From contig CALMZP010000046.1 of assembly GCA_937870635.1 (NCBI GenBank), positions 20,832-84,831 of the forward strand: a stretch of DNA of 64,000 nucleotides. Direction: 5' to 3'. The position numbers and the translations under genes were made by a program. Source of the stretch: an uncultured Acidobacteriota bacterium (GTDB taxonomy: Bacteria > Acidobacteriota > Thermoanaerobaculia > Gp7-AA8). The notes beneath the pieces were generated by a model. It saw only the letters and a list, made by a program, of their open reading frames with translations. It had not been told where the DNA came from and ran no database searches. This document shows, piece after piece, positions 1-11,330 of the stretch (position 1 is its first letter; every line of letters starts with the position of its first letter).

Positions 1-1214
1 GCTGCCGCCGCAACGCCCAGTCCGCGTGACCGCGCGCGCTCCGCCAGTTCCTGCGAGTCGACGCCGCGCGGCAGCTCGATCCATAGATGCGGACTCATCG
101 CGTGCGCGCGAGGCTCCATCGACCCCAGTCCGCGCGCGGCAGCACGGCGGTTCGTCACGATGACGGATCGCTTCGCTGCGATGGTGCGGTCCGCCGCGCC
201 CGTGTCGACGAGCTGAGTGAAGAGCTCTGCATCGACCGTCGACGTGAAGGCCGTGAGCGCGGCGCAGGCGGCCGTGGCGCGCTCGATCAGCGACTGCGGA
301 ACCGACGCGAAGCCCAGCCGCAGCGACGGCGTGAGGCTCTTCGACGCACTCGTGACGAAAGCCGTCTCCTCCGGTGCCCACGTGTGGACGGGACGCGGAG
401 GCGCGTCGAGCAGGAATCCATACACGTCATCTTCAATGAGAAGAAGGTGATGACGCTTTGCGAGCGCCGCGATCTCCTGCCGGCGTTTCTCCGGCATGAC
501 CGATCCGGTCGGGTTCTGAAAATTCGGGATGAAGTAGAGAGCCTTCGCGGACGAGCGCGCGCACGCCTTCGCGATCGACTGCGGCACGACGCCGTGATCG
601 TCGAGCTCCACGGTCTGCAGGTCGAGGCGCAGCAGCGCAGCGATGGTGCTCAGCCGCGGATAGGTGAATTCCTCCGTGAGGATCGTGTCGCCCGGGCTGC
701 ATGCTGCAGCCAGGATCGAGACGATGGCCTGGTGCGCGCCCGGTGTGATCACGATGTTTTCCGGCGACGTATCGACGCGGGCCCGCCGCATCCATGCCGC
801 CGCCGCCGTGCGATGCCGAAGCGTTCCCTCAGCAGGCTGATACTCAGCGTCGCGGAGAATCGAGCGCAGGGCCAGGACGGTGCGCGGCTCGAGCGGAAGA
901 GAATCGCTCCCGTCCACTACGTTCCGGGAAAGATCGAGAAACCCATTCTCCGGCCGCGGATTTTCGACCGCGGCGCGAACGAACGTACCCCTGCCGACTG
1001 TTGATTGAACGAGGCCACGCCGCGCGGCCTCTTTGTAAGCCCGGGTGACGGTGAGCGGCGTCAGGCCGAGAGAGGCGGCGAGCTCGCGGTGAGTGGGAAG
1101 CCGCTGGCCTTCCCGGATCATGCCGCTCTCGATATCGCGCTCGAGCGCGTCTGCGATGGCCTGGTAGATCGGAGAGGCGGACCCCTGAAGTCGTGGTGAC
1201 CAATTTGTAATCAT
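1..1214 (-). CDS. MocR/PdxR-type GntR-family regulator fused to a class-I aminotransferase-like PLP domain (3' end runs off the window)
   Basis: Absent from the ORF track because no stop lies inside the window. My reverse-complement translation from ATG 1214-1212 gives MITNWSPRLQGSASPIYQAIADALERDIESGMIREGQRLPTHRELAASLGLTPLTVTRAYKEAARRGLVQSTVGRGTFV (GntR winged helix). An aminotransferase fold follows, with the PLP-lysine motif TSASKSLTPSLRLGF. The frame stays open to position 1. Confidence 0.8.
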   Translation of the reverse strand, partial: MITNWSPRLQGSASPIYQAIADALERDIESGMIREGQRLPTHRELAASLGLTPLTVTRAYKEAARRGLVQSTVGRGTFVRAAVENPRPENGFLDLSRNVVDGSDSLPLEPRTVLALRSILRDAEYQPAEGTLRHRTAAAAWMRRARVDTSPENIVITPGAHQAIVSILAAACSPGDTILTEEFTYPRLSTIAALLRLDLQTVELDDHGVVPQSIAKACARSSAKALYFIPNFQNPTGSVMPEKRRQEIAALAKRHHLLLIEDDVYGFLLDAPPRPVHTWAPEETAFVTSASKSLTPSLRLGFASVPQSLIERATAACAALTAFTSTVDAELFTQLVDTGAADRTIAAKRSVIVTNRRAAARGLGSMEPRAHAMSPHLWIELPRGVDSQELAERARSRGLGVAAA

Positions 1215-1242
1215 GACTTTGTAATACTTGATTGTAATACAA
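1205..1242. promoter_or_regulatory. Three direct TTGTAAT(AC) repeats (13-14 bp apart) in the MocR/EamA divergent region; candidate MocR operator
   Basis: TTGTAAT at 1205-1211, 1219-1225 and 1232-1238. The third forms the palindrome TTGTAaTACAA (1232-1242). Local AT-rich island; the first repeat abuts the regulator's ATG. Confidence 0.4.
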
Positions 1243-1265
1243 ACGAGTCAATACATTCTACGTCC

Positions 1266-2231
1266 ATGCAGACAGCTCGCAACCTGATTTCGGTCGACCC
1301 CGCCGAATCCGGCCCTGACGTCGTTCTCTTCCCGTCGGCGCCGAAGCGTGACTCCCTGCTCGGCGCTTACCTCGCCTTCGCTGCGATCTGCATCATCTGG
1401 GGGACGACCTTCGTCGCGATCCGAGTCGTCATCGAGACGATTCCTACGCTGCTCGTCACCGGAATCCGGTTCACCTTCGCCGGCGTCCTTCTCCTCGGGA
1501 TCGCCGCGATCTCCAAGGCGAAGTTCCCCAGGTCGGCCGCTGAATGGTGGCACCAGGCCCTCGCCGGGATCGTGATGGCAGGCGTCGGAAACGCCCTCGT
1601 CGTCTTTGCCGAGCACTCGCTGACCAGCGGCGTCGCGGCCCTGCTCGCCGCCACGATTCCCATCTGGATGGCGATCATGCAGGCCCTCCTCGGCGAAAGC
1701 CCGCTCACGCTCCGTGGCATCGCCGGCCTGGCGCTCGGTTTCGGAGGCGTTGGACTTCTCGTCGCACCGGCAATCGGGTCACCCTCTGTTTCCGCCGGGT
1801 TCTTCCTCGCGGTGCTCGCCATGCAGTTGAGCGCGATTGCCTGGAACGCCGGCACGCTTTACTCGCGGAGGCGGATCGCGCACTCTGATCCGCTCGCGCG
1901 CTCGGTCATTCAGATGTCGTCCGCCGGCCTGGCCGTGACGCTGCTCGCACTGGTAACGGGTGAGCGGACGACGGCTGCGATGTTCACGCCGCGATCGACG
2001 GCCGCGCTCCTCTATCTGGCGATCTTCGGATCCGTCGTTGCGTTCTGGGCCTACAACTATGCCCAGACGAAGCTGTCAGCCGGAAAAGTGGCGTCCTACG
2101 CGTACGTGAACCCGGCGGTGGCCGTGGTCTTCGGCGCCCTGCTGTTGGGCGAGCCGGTCACACTTTCGATGATCGTCGCGATGATCGTGATCCTGGCCGG
2201 GGTCGCGCTCATTCAGTTTCACAGGGTTTAG
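1266..2231 (+). CDS. EamA/DMT-family transporter
   Basis: 321-aa ORF starting at ATG. About ten hydrophobic helices in two EamA-like halves (IIWGTTFVAIR ... YAYVNPAVAVVFGALLLGE). Divergent from the MocR-type regulator. Confidence 0.85.
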   Translation: MQTARNLISVDPAESGPDVVLFPSAPKRDSLLGAYLAFAAICIIWGTTFVAIRVVIETIPTLLVTGIRFTFAGVLLLGIAAISKAKFPRSAAEWWHQALAGIVMAGVGNALVVFAEHSLTSGVAALLAATIPIWMAIMQALLGESPLTLRGIAGLALGFGGVGLLVAPAIGSPSVSAGFFLAVLAMQLSAIAWNAGTLYSRRRIAHSDPLARSVIQMSSAGLAVTLLALVTGERTTAAMFTPRSTAALLYLAIFGSVVAFWAYNYAQTKLSAGKVASYAYVNPAVAVVFGALLLGEPVTLSMIVAMIVILAGVALIQFHRV

Positions 2232-2824
2232 TGGAGCGCGGGCGACCTCGCCCGCGCTCCACCGGACTCTTCCGCGGCGCCAAGCAGTCTCGCCGCCAGC
2301 ACGATCGCCTCGGGGATCGTGTACTCGTCCTCCGGCCCGAGGACATCTTCCGACATCAGATCCCAGGCGGCGCGCATCTTCTCTTCATCGGTCGCTTCGG
2401 TGAAGTTGAGCTCGCAGATGTCGCCTACGTAACGCTCGGCTTCTCTCAGCGGCAGGCCGAACGTGCGGCAGACCAGGGGTCTCGACTCGTACATCTCGCA
2501 TTCGCCCCTCTCGGAGAGGGCGGGGCAGGGGATGCCGGCCGTGCGCTCGAAGAACTCCTCCTTCTCCTCCGGCGAGCACTCGCGCAGATTGGGATGTGCG
2601 AAGGCATCGATGATCTCCTGCGCGCGCCTCACGATCCTCTTGCGCCGCGCCGGGTGGAGTTTTGCGAGTCCCTCTGCGAGCACGGGCACGTCGCCGGAGC
2701 CGATCTCGAACAACCCGTGGCAGCAGAGCGAGCAGCCTCGACCGCACTGGAGGTTTTGCGGCTGCTCGGACATGACCTTTCCGAAGAAGGCGTCGGCGTC
2801 GAGGAGGACTTGCTTATAGCTCAA
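2228..2824 (-). CDS. YkgJ-family (UPF0153) cysteine-cluster protein
   Basis: Motif CGRGCSLCCHG plus later CPAL...GECEMYESRPLVCRTFG. Start uncertain: TTG 2824, ATG 2773, or the maximal TTG ORF to 3019, which would overlap the divergent atp start. The last 10 codons (GGARARSPALH) are encoded by a REP element. Confidence 0.6.
   Translation of the reverse strand: MSYKQVLLDADAFFGKVMSEQPQNLQCGRGCSLCCHGLFEIGSGDVPVLAEGLAKLHPARRKRIVRRAQEIIDAFAHPNLRECSPEEKEEFFERTAGIPCPALSERGECEMYESRPLVCRTFGLPLREAERYVGDICELNFTEATDEEKMRAAWDLMSEDVLGPEDEYTIPEAIVLAARLLGAAEESGGARARSPALH
2231..2262. repeat. REP-like palindrome, full copy
   Basis: GTGGAGCGCGGGCGA-CC-TCGCCCGCGCTCCAC, a perfect 15-bp stem. Lies between the convergent 3' ends of the EamA and YkgJ genes. 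Confidence 0.9.
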
Positions 2825-2957
2825 GGGTCTTTCGTAACGTCCCGGATAGACTGGACGTTCCGCGTTGTGGTAAAAAGCCTCGGCCTCGGATAGCGCGTGA
2901 CCCTGCGGTTCCCCCCGCAGCGATTCCAGGGCAAACGTTTCCACCGAAGCTAAACGT

Positions 2958-3392
2958 ATGCAGATCAATCTCGTACCCGATCCATCTCTGCTTGCGATCG
3001 TGGTGATTTTTTTTCTCAACTACCTCGTGGTGCGCCGCTTCTTTCTGAAGCCGATCAACGACATCATGGAGGCACGCGAGACCGAGTCGGCGACTGCCGA
3101 GCGCCTCTACGAAGAGTCGCTGGCCCGCTTCAATGAAGCTACGTCCCGGATGGAAGAACAGCTCCATGCCGCCAAGCGCGACGCCGCGCAGGTCCGCGAG
3201 CGCTTTCGCGCCGAGGCCGCCGCGCATCGCGCCGGCACGGTCGAGAGGACGCAGGCTGAAGCGAAGGGAATCGTGGCGGCGGCCGACAAGACTCTCACCG
3301 GAGATGTGGCGGAAGCGCGCGAGAAGATCAAGCGCGAGTCCGAAAGCCTGGCCCGCCTTGCCGCCGAGCGGATCCTCGGGAGGGCCGTCTGA
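2958..3392 (+). CDS. F-type ATP synthase subunit b' (second b-type stator subunit)
   Basis: 144 aa. One N-terminal TM helix (LLAIVVIFFLNYLVV) followed by a long charged coiled coil. First of two tandem b-type genes; its stop overlaps the next start (TGATG). Confidence 0.75.
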   Translation: MQINLVPDPSLLAIVVIFFLNYLVVRRFFLKPINDIMEARETESATAERLYEESLARFNEATSRMEEQLHAAKRDAAQVRERFRAEAAAHRAGTVERTQAEAKGIVAAADKTLTGDVAEAREKIKRESESLARLAAERILGRAV

Positions 3393-4042
3393 TGCGGCAC
3401 CTTCTCACCGTCGCCGCCATTCTGCTCGTCGCTGGATTCGCGCTGGCAGATGACCCGAAGCCGGCCGACTCGCTCGACGCGGCCAAAACCGCGACCGCCG
3501 AAGCGCACGAAGAGACCCACGGGAAAGAGGCCGCCGCCGGCGAGCACCATGAAGACGTCTACTTCGGCTTCATTCCCGGCAGCGTCCTCAAATTCATCAA
3601 CATCATTCTGTTCATCGGCGTGATCGTATGGGCCGTGAAGGGCCCGGTCATGACAGCCTTCGCCGCCCGCACCGAAGAGATCAAGCGTCAGGCCGTCGAG
3701 GCGCGCGAGCGCCGCGAGAAGGCCGACAGCCTGGCCGCGGACATCCAGTCGCGTCTCACCCAGATCGAGGCGGAGGTCGTTGCCATCCGGCAGCGTGCCG
3801 AGGTGGAAGGGGAGCGGCAGCGCAAAGAGCTCATGGCGGCGGCGGAAGCGGAGGCCGCGAAGATCCTGCAGGCGGCGCGGAACGAGGTCGAGAACCGCCT
3901 CAAGTTCGCGCGCAAGGAGCTCACCGAGTACGCGGGGGAGCTCGCCGCGGAGCGGGCCGAGGCGATTTTGCGGGAGAAGATCACGCCGGAGGATCAGAGA
4001 AAGTTGTTCCGGGATTCCTTGAGTCAGGTGGGTGAAGCCTGA
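3392..4042 (+). CDS. atpF: F-type ATP synthase subunit b with N-terminal signal-like extension
   Basis: 216 aa. TM helix FINIILFIGVIVWAV followed by an Ala/Glu/Arg coiled coil typical of subunit b. About 60 extra N-terminal residues precede it (signal-like MRHLLTVAAILLVAGFALA, then a His/Glu-rich stretch). Confidence 0.8.
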   Translation: MRHLLTVAAILLVAGFALADDPKPADSLDAAKTATAEAHEETHGKEAAAGEHHEDVYFGFIPGSVLKFINIILFIGVIVWAVKGPVMTAFAARTEEIKRQAVEARERREKADSLAADIQSRLTQIEAEVVAIRQRAEVEGERQRKELMAAAEAEAAKILQAARNEVENRLKFARKELTEYAGELAAERAEAILREKITPEDQRKLFRDSLSQVGEA

Positions 4043-4575
4043 TGGCCCGGCGATTCGCACGTCCCTACGCACGCGCCATTCTCGATGTGGCCGGCTCCGC
4101 TGAAAAAGCGAACACGGTGCGCGCGGAGCTCGACCGCTTCGAGCAGGTCCGCGCCAGCGCGACCGATCTCCAGGATCTCTACTCGAATCCCGGCATCGAC
4201 TTCCAGTCGAAGCTGAAGGTGACGCATGCGATCGCCAGCCGGCTGTCGCTGGGGCAGACGACGGGGAGGGTCCTGGAGATCCTCATCCAGAATCACCGTA
4301 TCAATGGCCTGGCCTCGATCGTGGAGGCGCTTGCCCAGTACATCAATGAAGAGCTGGGAATCGCGGTGGCGAACGTTCGCGCCGCGCAGAAGCTGAGCGA
4401 GCAGGAGGTCGGCGACCTCCGCAAGACGCTCGAGAAGAAGACCGGCAAGCGCGTCGAGGTCCGGGTCGCGGAAGACCCGTCGCTGCTCGGCGGCTTCGTG
4501 GTCCGGATCGGCAGTGAGATCTGGGACGCGTCCGTAGCCGGAAAGATCAGTCGATTTCGTGAATCTTTAACGTAG
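4042..4575 (+). CDS. atpH: F-type ATP synthase subunit delta (OSCP)
   Basis: 177 aa located between b and alpha. C-terminal LGGFVVRIGSEIWDASVAGKI is delta/OSCP-like. The start overlaps the atpF stop. Confidence 0.85.
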   Translation: MARRFARPYARAILDVAGSAEKANTVRAELDRFEQVRASATDLQDLYSNPGIDFQSKLKVTHAIASRLSLGQTTGRVLEILIQNHRINGLASIVEALAQYINEELGIAVANVRAAQKLSEQEVGDLRKTLEKKTGKRVEVRVAEDPSLLGGFVVRIGSEIWDASVAGKISRFRESLT

Positions 4576-4593
4576 CCATAAACCGGAGATCGT

Positions 4594-6132
<1,539 letters not shown>

Positions 6133-6147
6133 CGGCCCACTGAAACC

Positions 6148-7008
6148 ATGCCCAGCACAATCGACATCCGGCGCCGCATCCGCAGCGTCAAGAACACGCA
6201 GCAGATCACCAAGGCCATGAAGATGGTGGCCGCGGCGAAGCTGCGCCGCGCCCAGGACCGCATGTTCGCCGCGCGTCCTTATTCCGCCGGTCTGCGCACC
6301 GTGCTGGCCTCCGTCGCGACGCGCGTCGACATCACGCGTCACCCACTCCTGCAGCCGCGCGAAGAGGAGAAGAAAATCCTTCTCATCGTCGTGACGGCCG
6401 ACAAGGGTCTTTGCGGAGCGTTCAACACCAACATCATCCGCTCGGCGCAGAACGCGATTCTCGACGGACGCTGGGAGTCGGTCGAGCTCCTGCCGATCGG
6501 ACGCAAGGGCAACGATTTCTTCAAACGGCGCACGACACCGATCCGCCGTCAGGCCACGCAGGTTTTCCAGGCGCTCTCGCTGGAGACGGCACGCGACATC
6601 GCCGCCAAGATCACCGAAGACTTCATCACCGGCGAGATCGACGCCGTTTACGTCATCTACAACGAGTTCAAGTCGATCATCGCGCAGAACGTGAAGCTCG
6701 AGCGGCTCCTGCCGATCGAACGCCCCACCGAAACGCCGGCGAACGAGATCGATTACATCTACGAGCCTGGTCCCGAGCAGATCCTCAACGACCTGCTCCC
6801 CAGGCACATTGAATTTCAGCTCTATCGCATCCTTCTGGAGTCCGCGGCGGCCGAACAGGGCGCCCGCATGACGGCGATGGAGTCCGCGACGAAGAACGCC
6901 TCCGACATGATCAGCAGCCTGACCCTCAGCTACAACCGCATCCGTCAGGCCGCCATCACGAAAGAAATCATCGAGATCGTTTCGGGGGCCGCAGCAGCTG
7001 GATCGTGA
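6148..7008 (+). CDS. atpG: F-type ATP synthase subunit gamma
   Basis: 286 aa. N-terminus IRRRIRSVKNTQQITKAMKMVAAAKLRRAQ and C-terminus NRIRQAAITKEIIEIVSGA are typical of gamma. Confidence 0.95.
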   Translation: MPSTIDIRRRIRSVKNTQQITKAMKMVAAAKLRRAQDRMFAARPYSAGLRTVLASVATRVDITRHPLLQPREEEKKILLIVVTADKGLCGAFNTNIIRSAQNAILDGRWESVELLPIGRKGNDFFKRRTTPIRRQATQVFQALSLETARDIAAKITEDFITGEIDAVYVIYNEFKSIIAQNVKLERLLPIERPTETPANEIDYIYEPGPEQILNDLLPRHIEFQLYRILLESAAAEQGARMTAMESATKNASDMISSLTLSYNRIRQAAITKEIIEIVSGAAAAGS

Positions 7009-7021
7009 CGCAAAACAAGAT

Positions 7022-8562
<1,541 letters not shown>

Positions 8563-8572
8563 GAGGACCGGA

Positions 8573-8989
8573 ATGGCCGATCTCCCCACCAAGATCAATC
8601 TCACGATCGTCACGCGCGAGCGCAAGATCATCGACGTCGAAGTCGACGAGGTGGTGCTGCCCGGCGTGGACGGTGAGATCGGCATCCTTCCTGGTCACAC
8701 GCCTCTCCTGGCGACGCTGCGGATCGGGCCGATGCGTTATCGCGTAGGCAGCACGGTCGAGCGTCTCGTTCTGGCGTGGGGCTTCGCGGAAGTGCTGCCG
8801 GATCGCGTGATCGTCCTGGCCGAGAGAGGTGTCCTCCCCGGCGAGATCGACCCGGTGGCGGCGGAGGAAGATCGCCGCCGCGCGGAGCGCGAGCTCGCCG
8901 ATCTTTCGTCGCACGATCCGGAGTTCGCCATCGTGGAGGCGCGGCTCGAGGAGTCGATCGCCATGATCTCCGTGCAGCGCGGACATTGA
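8573..8989 (+). CDS. atpC: F-type ATP synthase subunit epsilon
   Basis: 138 aa and last gene of the cluster. N-terminal beta-sandwich pattern (VVLPGVDGEIGILPGHTPLL) and a helical C-terminus. Confidence 0.9.
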   Translation: MADLPTKINLTIVTRERKIIDVEVDEVVLPGVDGEIGILPGHTPLLATLRIGPMRYRVGSTVERLVLAWGFAEVLPDRVIVLAERGVLPGEIDPVAAEEDRRRAERELADLSSHDPEFAIVEARLEESIAMISVQRGH

Positions 8990-9062
8990 GTGGAGCGCGG
9001 GCGACCCCGCCCGCGTCGGTCAGACTCACCAGGGTTCGCGGGCGACCCCGCCCGCGCTCCAC
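8990..9062. repeat. REP-like composite (two inner hairpins bracketed by GTGGAG...CTCCAC)
   Basis: GTGGAG-CGCGGGCGaccCCGCCCGCG, a 21-nt spacer, then CGCGGGCGaccCCGCCCGCG-CTCCAC. Starts 1 nt after the atpC stop. Confidence 0.9.
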
Positions 9063-9078
9063 ACATCAGTCCATCGAC

Positions 9079-9094
9079 CGGCCTCAGCTTTGCA
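9079..9094 (+). promoter_or_regulatory. Candidate sigma-54 (-24/-12) promoter upstream of the kinase-like/NtrC pair
   Basis: cGGCctcagctTTGCA. GG (9080-81) and GC (9092-93) have the canonical 12-nt register, TTGCA matches the -12 consensus, and the site is 39 nt before ATG 9133. It competes with a TAGAAT -10-like box at 9109-9114. Confidence 0.3.
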
Positions 9095-9132
9095 TCTCGG
9101 GGCGCGGGTAGAATCGGCCCACGGAGTTCACT

Positions 9133-9795
9133 ATGGAGCGCTGGCTGGAAAGCTTCGCGAAAGCGATCTTCCTGCGGAGCAGCGACACCGCTCACGATCT
9201 GAAAACGCCTCTCAACATCGCGGTGCTCAACCTCGAGCTCCTGCGGATGCGTGTCCGCAAGGTGACGGGCGGAGAGGATGACGAGAAGCTGATCGAGTAC
9301 GCGGCCGCGATCGAGACCGAGCTCCGCCGGATGGCGCGAATCTTCGACACGTTCTTCATCCTCTCCACGCCGCCGAAAGGCGAGGGCGATCCGGCGCCGA
9401 TCGACATCACGCCCATCCTCGCCGAGCAGGCCGAGGAGGCGGGGTTCAACGAAAGCGTCGGTAACGGGGCGGTGCCGGTCGCCGTCCACGAGTCGAGAAT
9501 CAGGCAGGCCTTCCGGATGTTCTTTGATGGCGCATCTCGCGTATTCGACGGCGATGGCCGGCGGCTGAACGTGGAGCGTGACGGAAGCGAGCTCCGAGTC
9601 ACCATTTCGGGCAGACTGGTGGACGAGACGCTGGAACCGACGAGGTTGTTCAAGTTCTATTACACGGACCCGTCCGGTAATCCCGACGTGTCTCTTGCGG
9701 CGGCCCGTCTGGTCATCGAGACCTACGGCGGCCTGCTGAACGCGGTAGTCGAAAGTGATAGTGTCTCGCTGCGGATCTCACTCCCAACCAGGTGA
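9133..9795 (+). CDS. Sensor-less histidine-kinase-like protein with intact H-box but degenerate ATP-binding domain
   Basis: 220 aa with no TM or sensor domain. H-box SSDTAHDLKTPLN. The positions expected for the N, G1 and G2 boxes read FFDGASRVF, TISGRLVDE and SGNPDVSLAAARLVIETYGG, so the Asn and Gly-rich ATP-lid residues are missing. Confidence 0.65.
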   Translation: MERWLESFAKAIFLRSSDTAHDLKTPLNIAVLNLELLRMRVRKVTGGEDDEKLIEYAAAIETELRRMARIFDTFFILSTPPKGEGDPAPIDITPILAEQAEEAGFNESVGNGAVPVAVHESRIRQAFRMFFDGASRVFDGDGRRLNVERDGSELRVTISGRLVDETLEPTRLFKFYYTDPSGNPDVSLAAARLVIETYGGLLNAVVESDSVSLRISLPTR

Positions 9796-11178
<1,383 letters not shown>

Positions 11179-11286
11179 ACCTTGGACCGTGGGCCTTGGA
11201 CCTTGGGCCTTGGACCCTAGGACCTTAAGAATCAACTGGTTAGGTCTGTCTCCCAAGGTCTAAGGTCCAGGGTCCAGGGTCCAGGT
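11179..11286. repeat. Tandem-heptamer hairpin, unit CCTTGGA/CCTTGGG versus GGTCCAG
   Basis: Left arm 11179-11227, right arm 11253-11286. Starts 1 nt after the NtrC-type stop. Confidence 0.9.
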
Positions 11287-11330
11287 GTCCGGAATATCGC
11301 CGCGTGCCGTGTTAGTTTGTCGGGCACTGC

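Noticed and set aside
87-1004. 305-aa plus-strand ORF (Arg-rich) at the left edge
   Set aside because: It is antisense to the MocR-type gene, whose minus-strand frame gives clean GntR and aminotransferase motifs. Its composition is Arg/Ala-rich, typical of wrong-frame ORFs in high-GC DNA.
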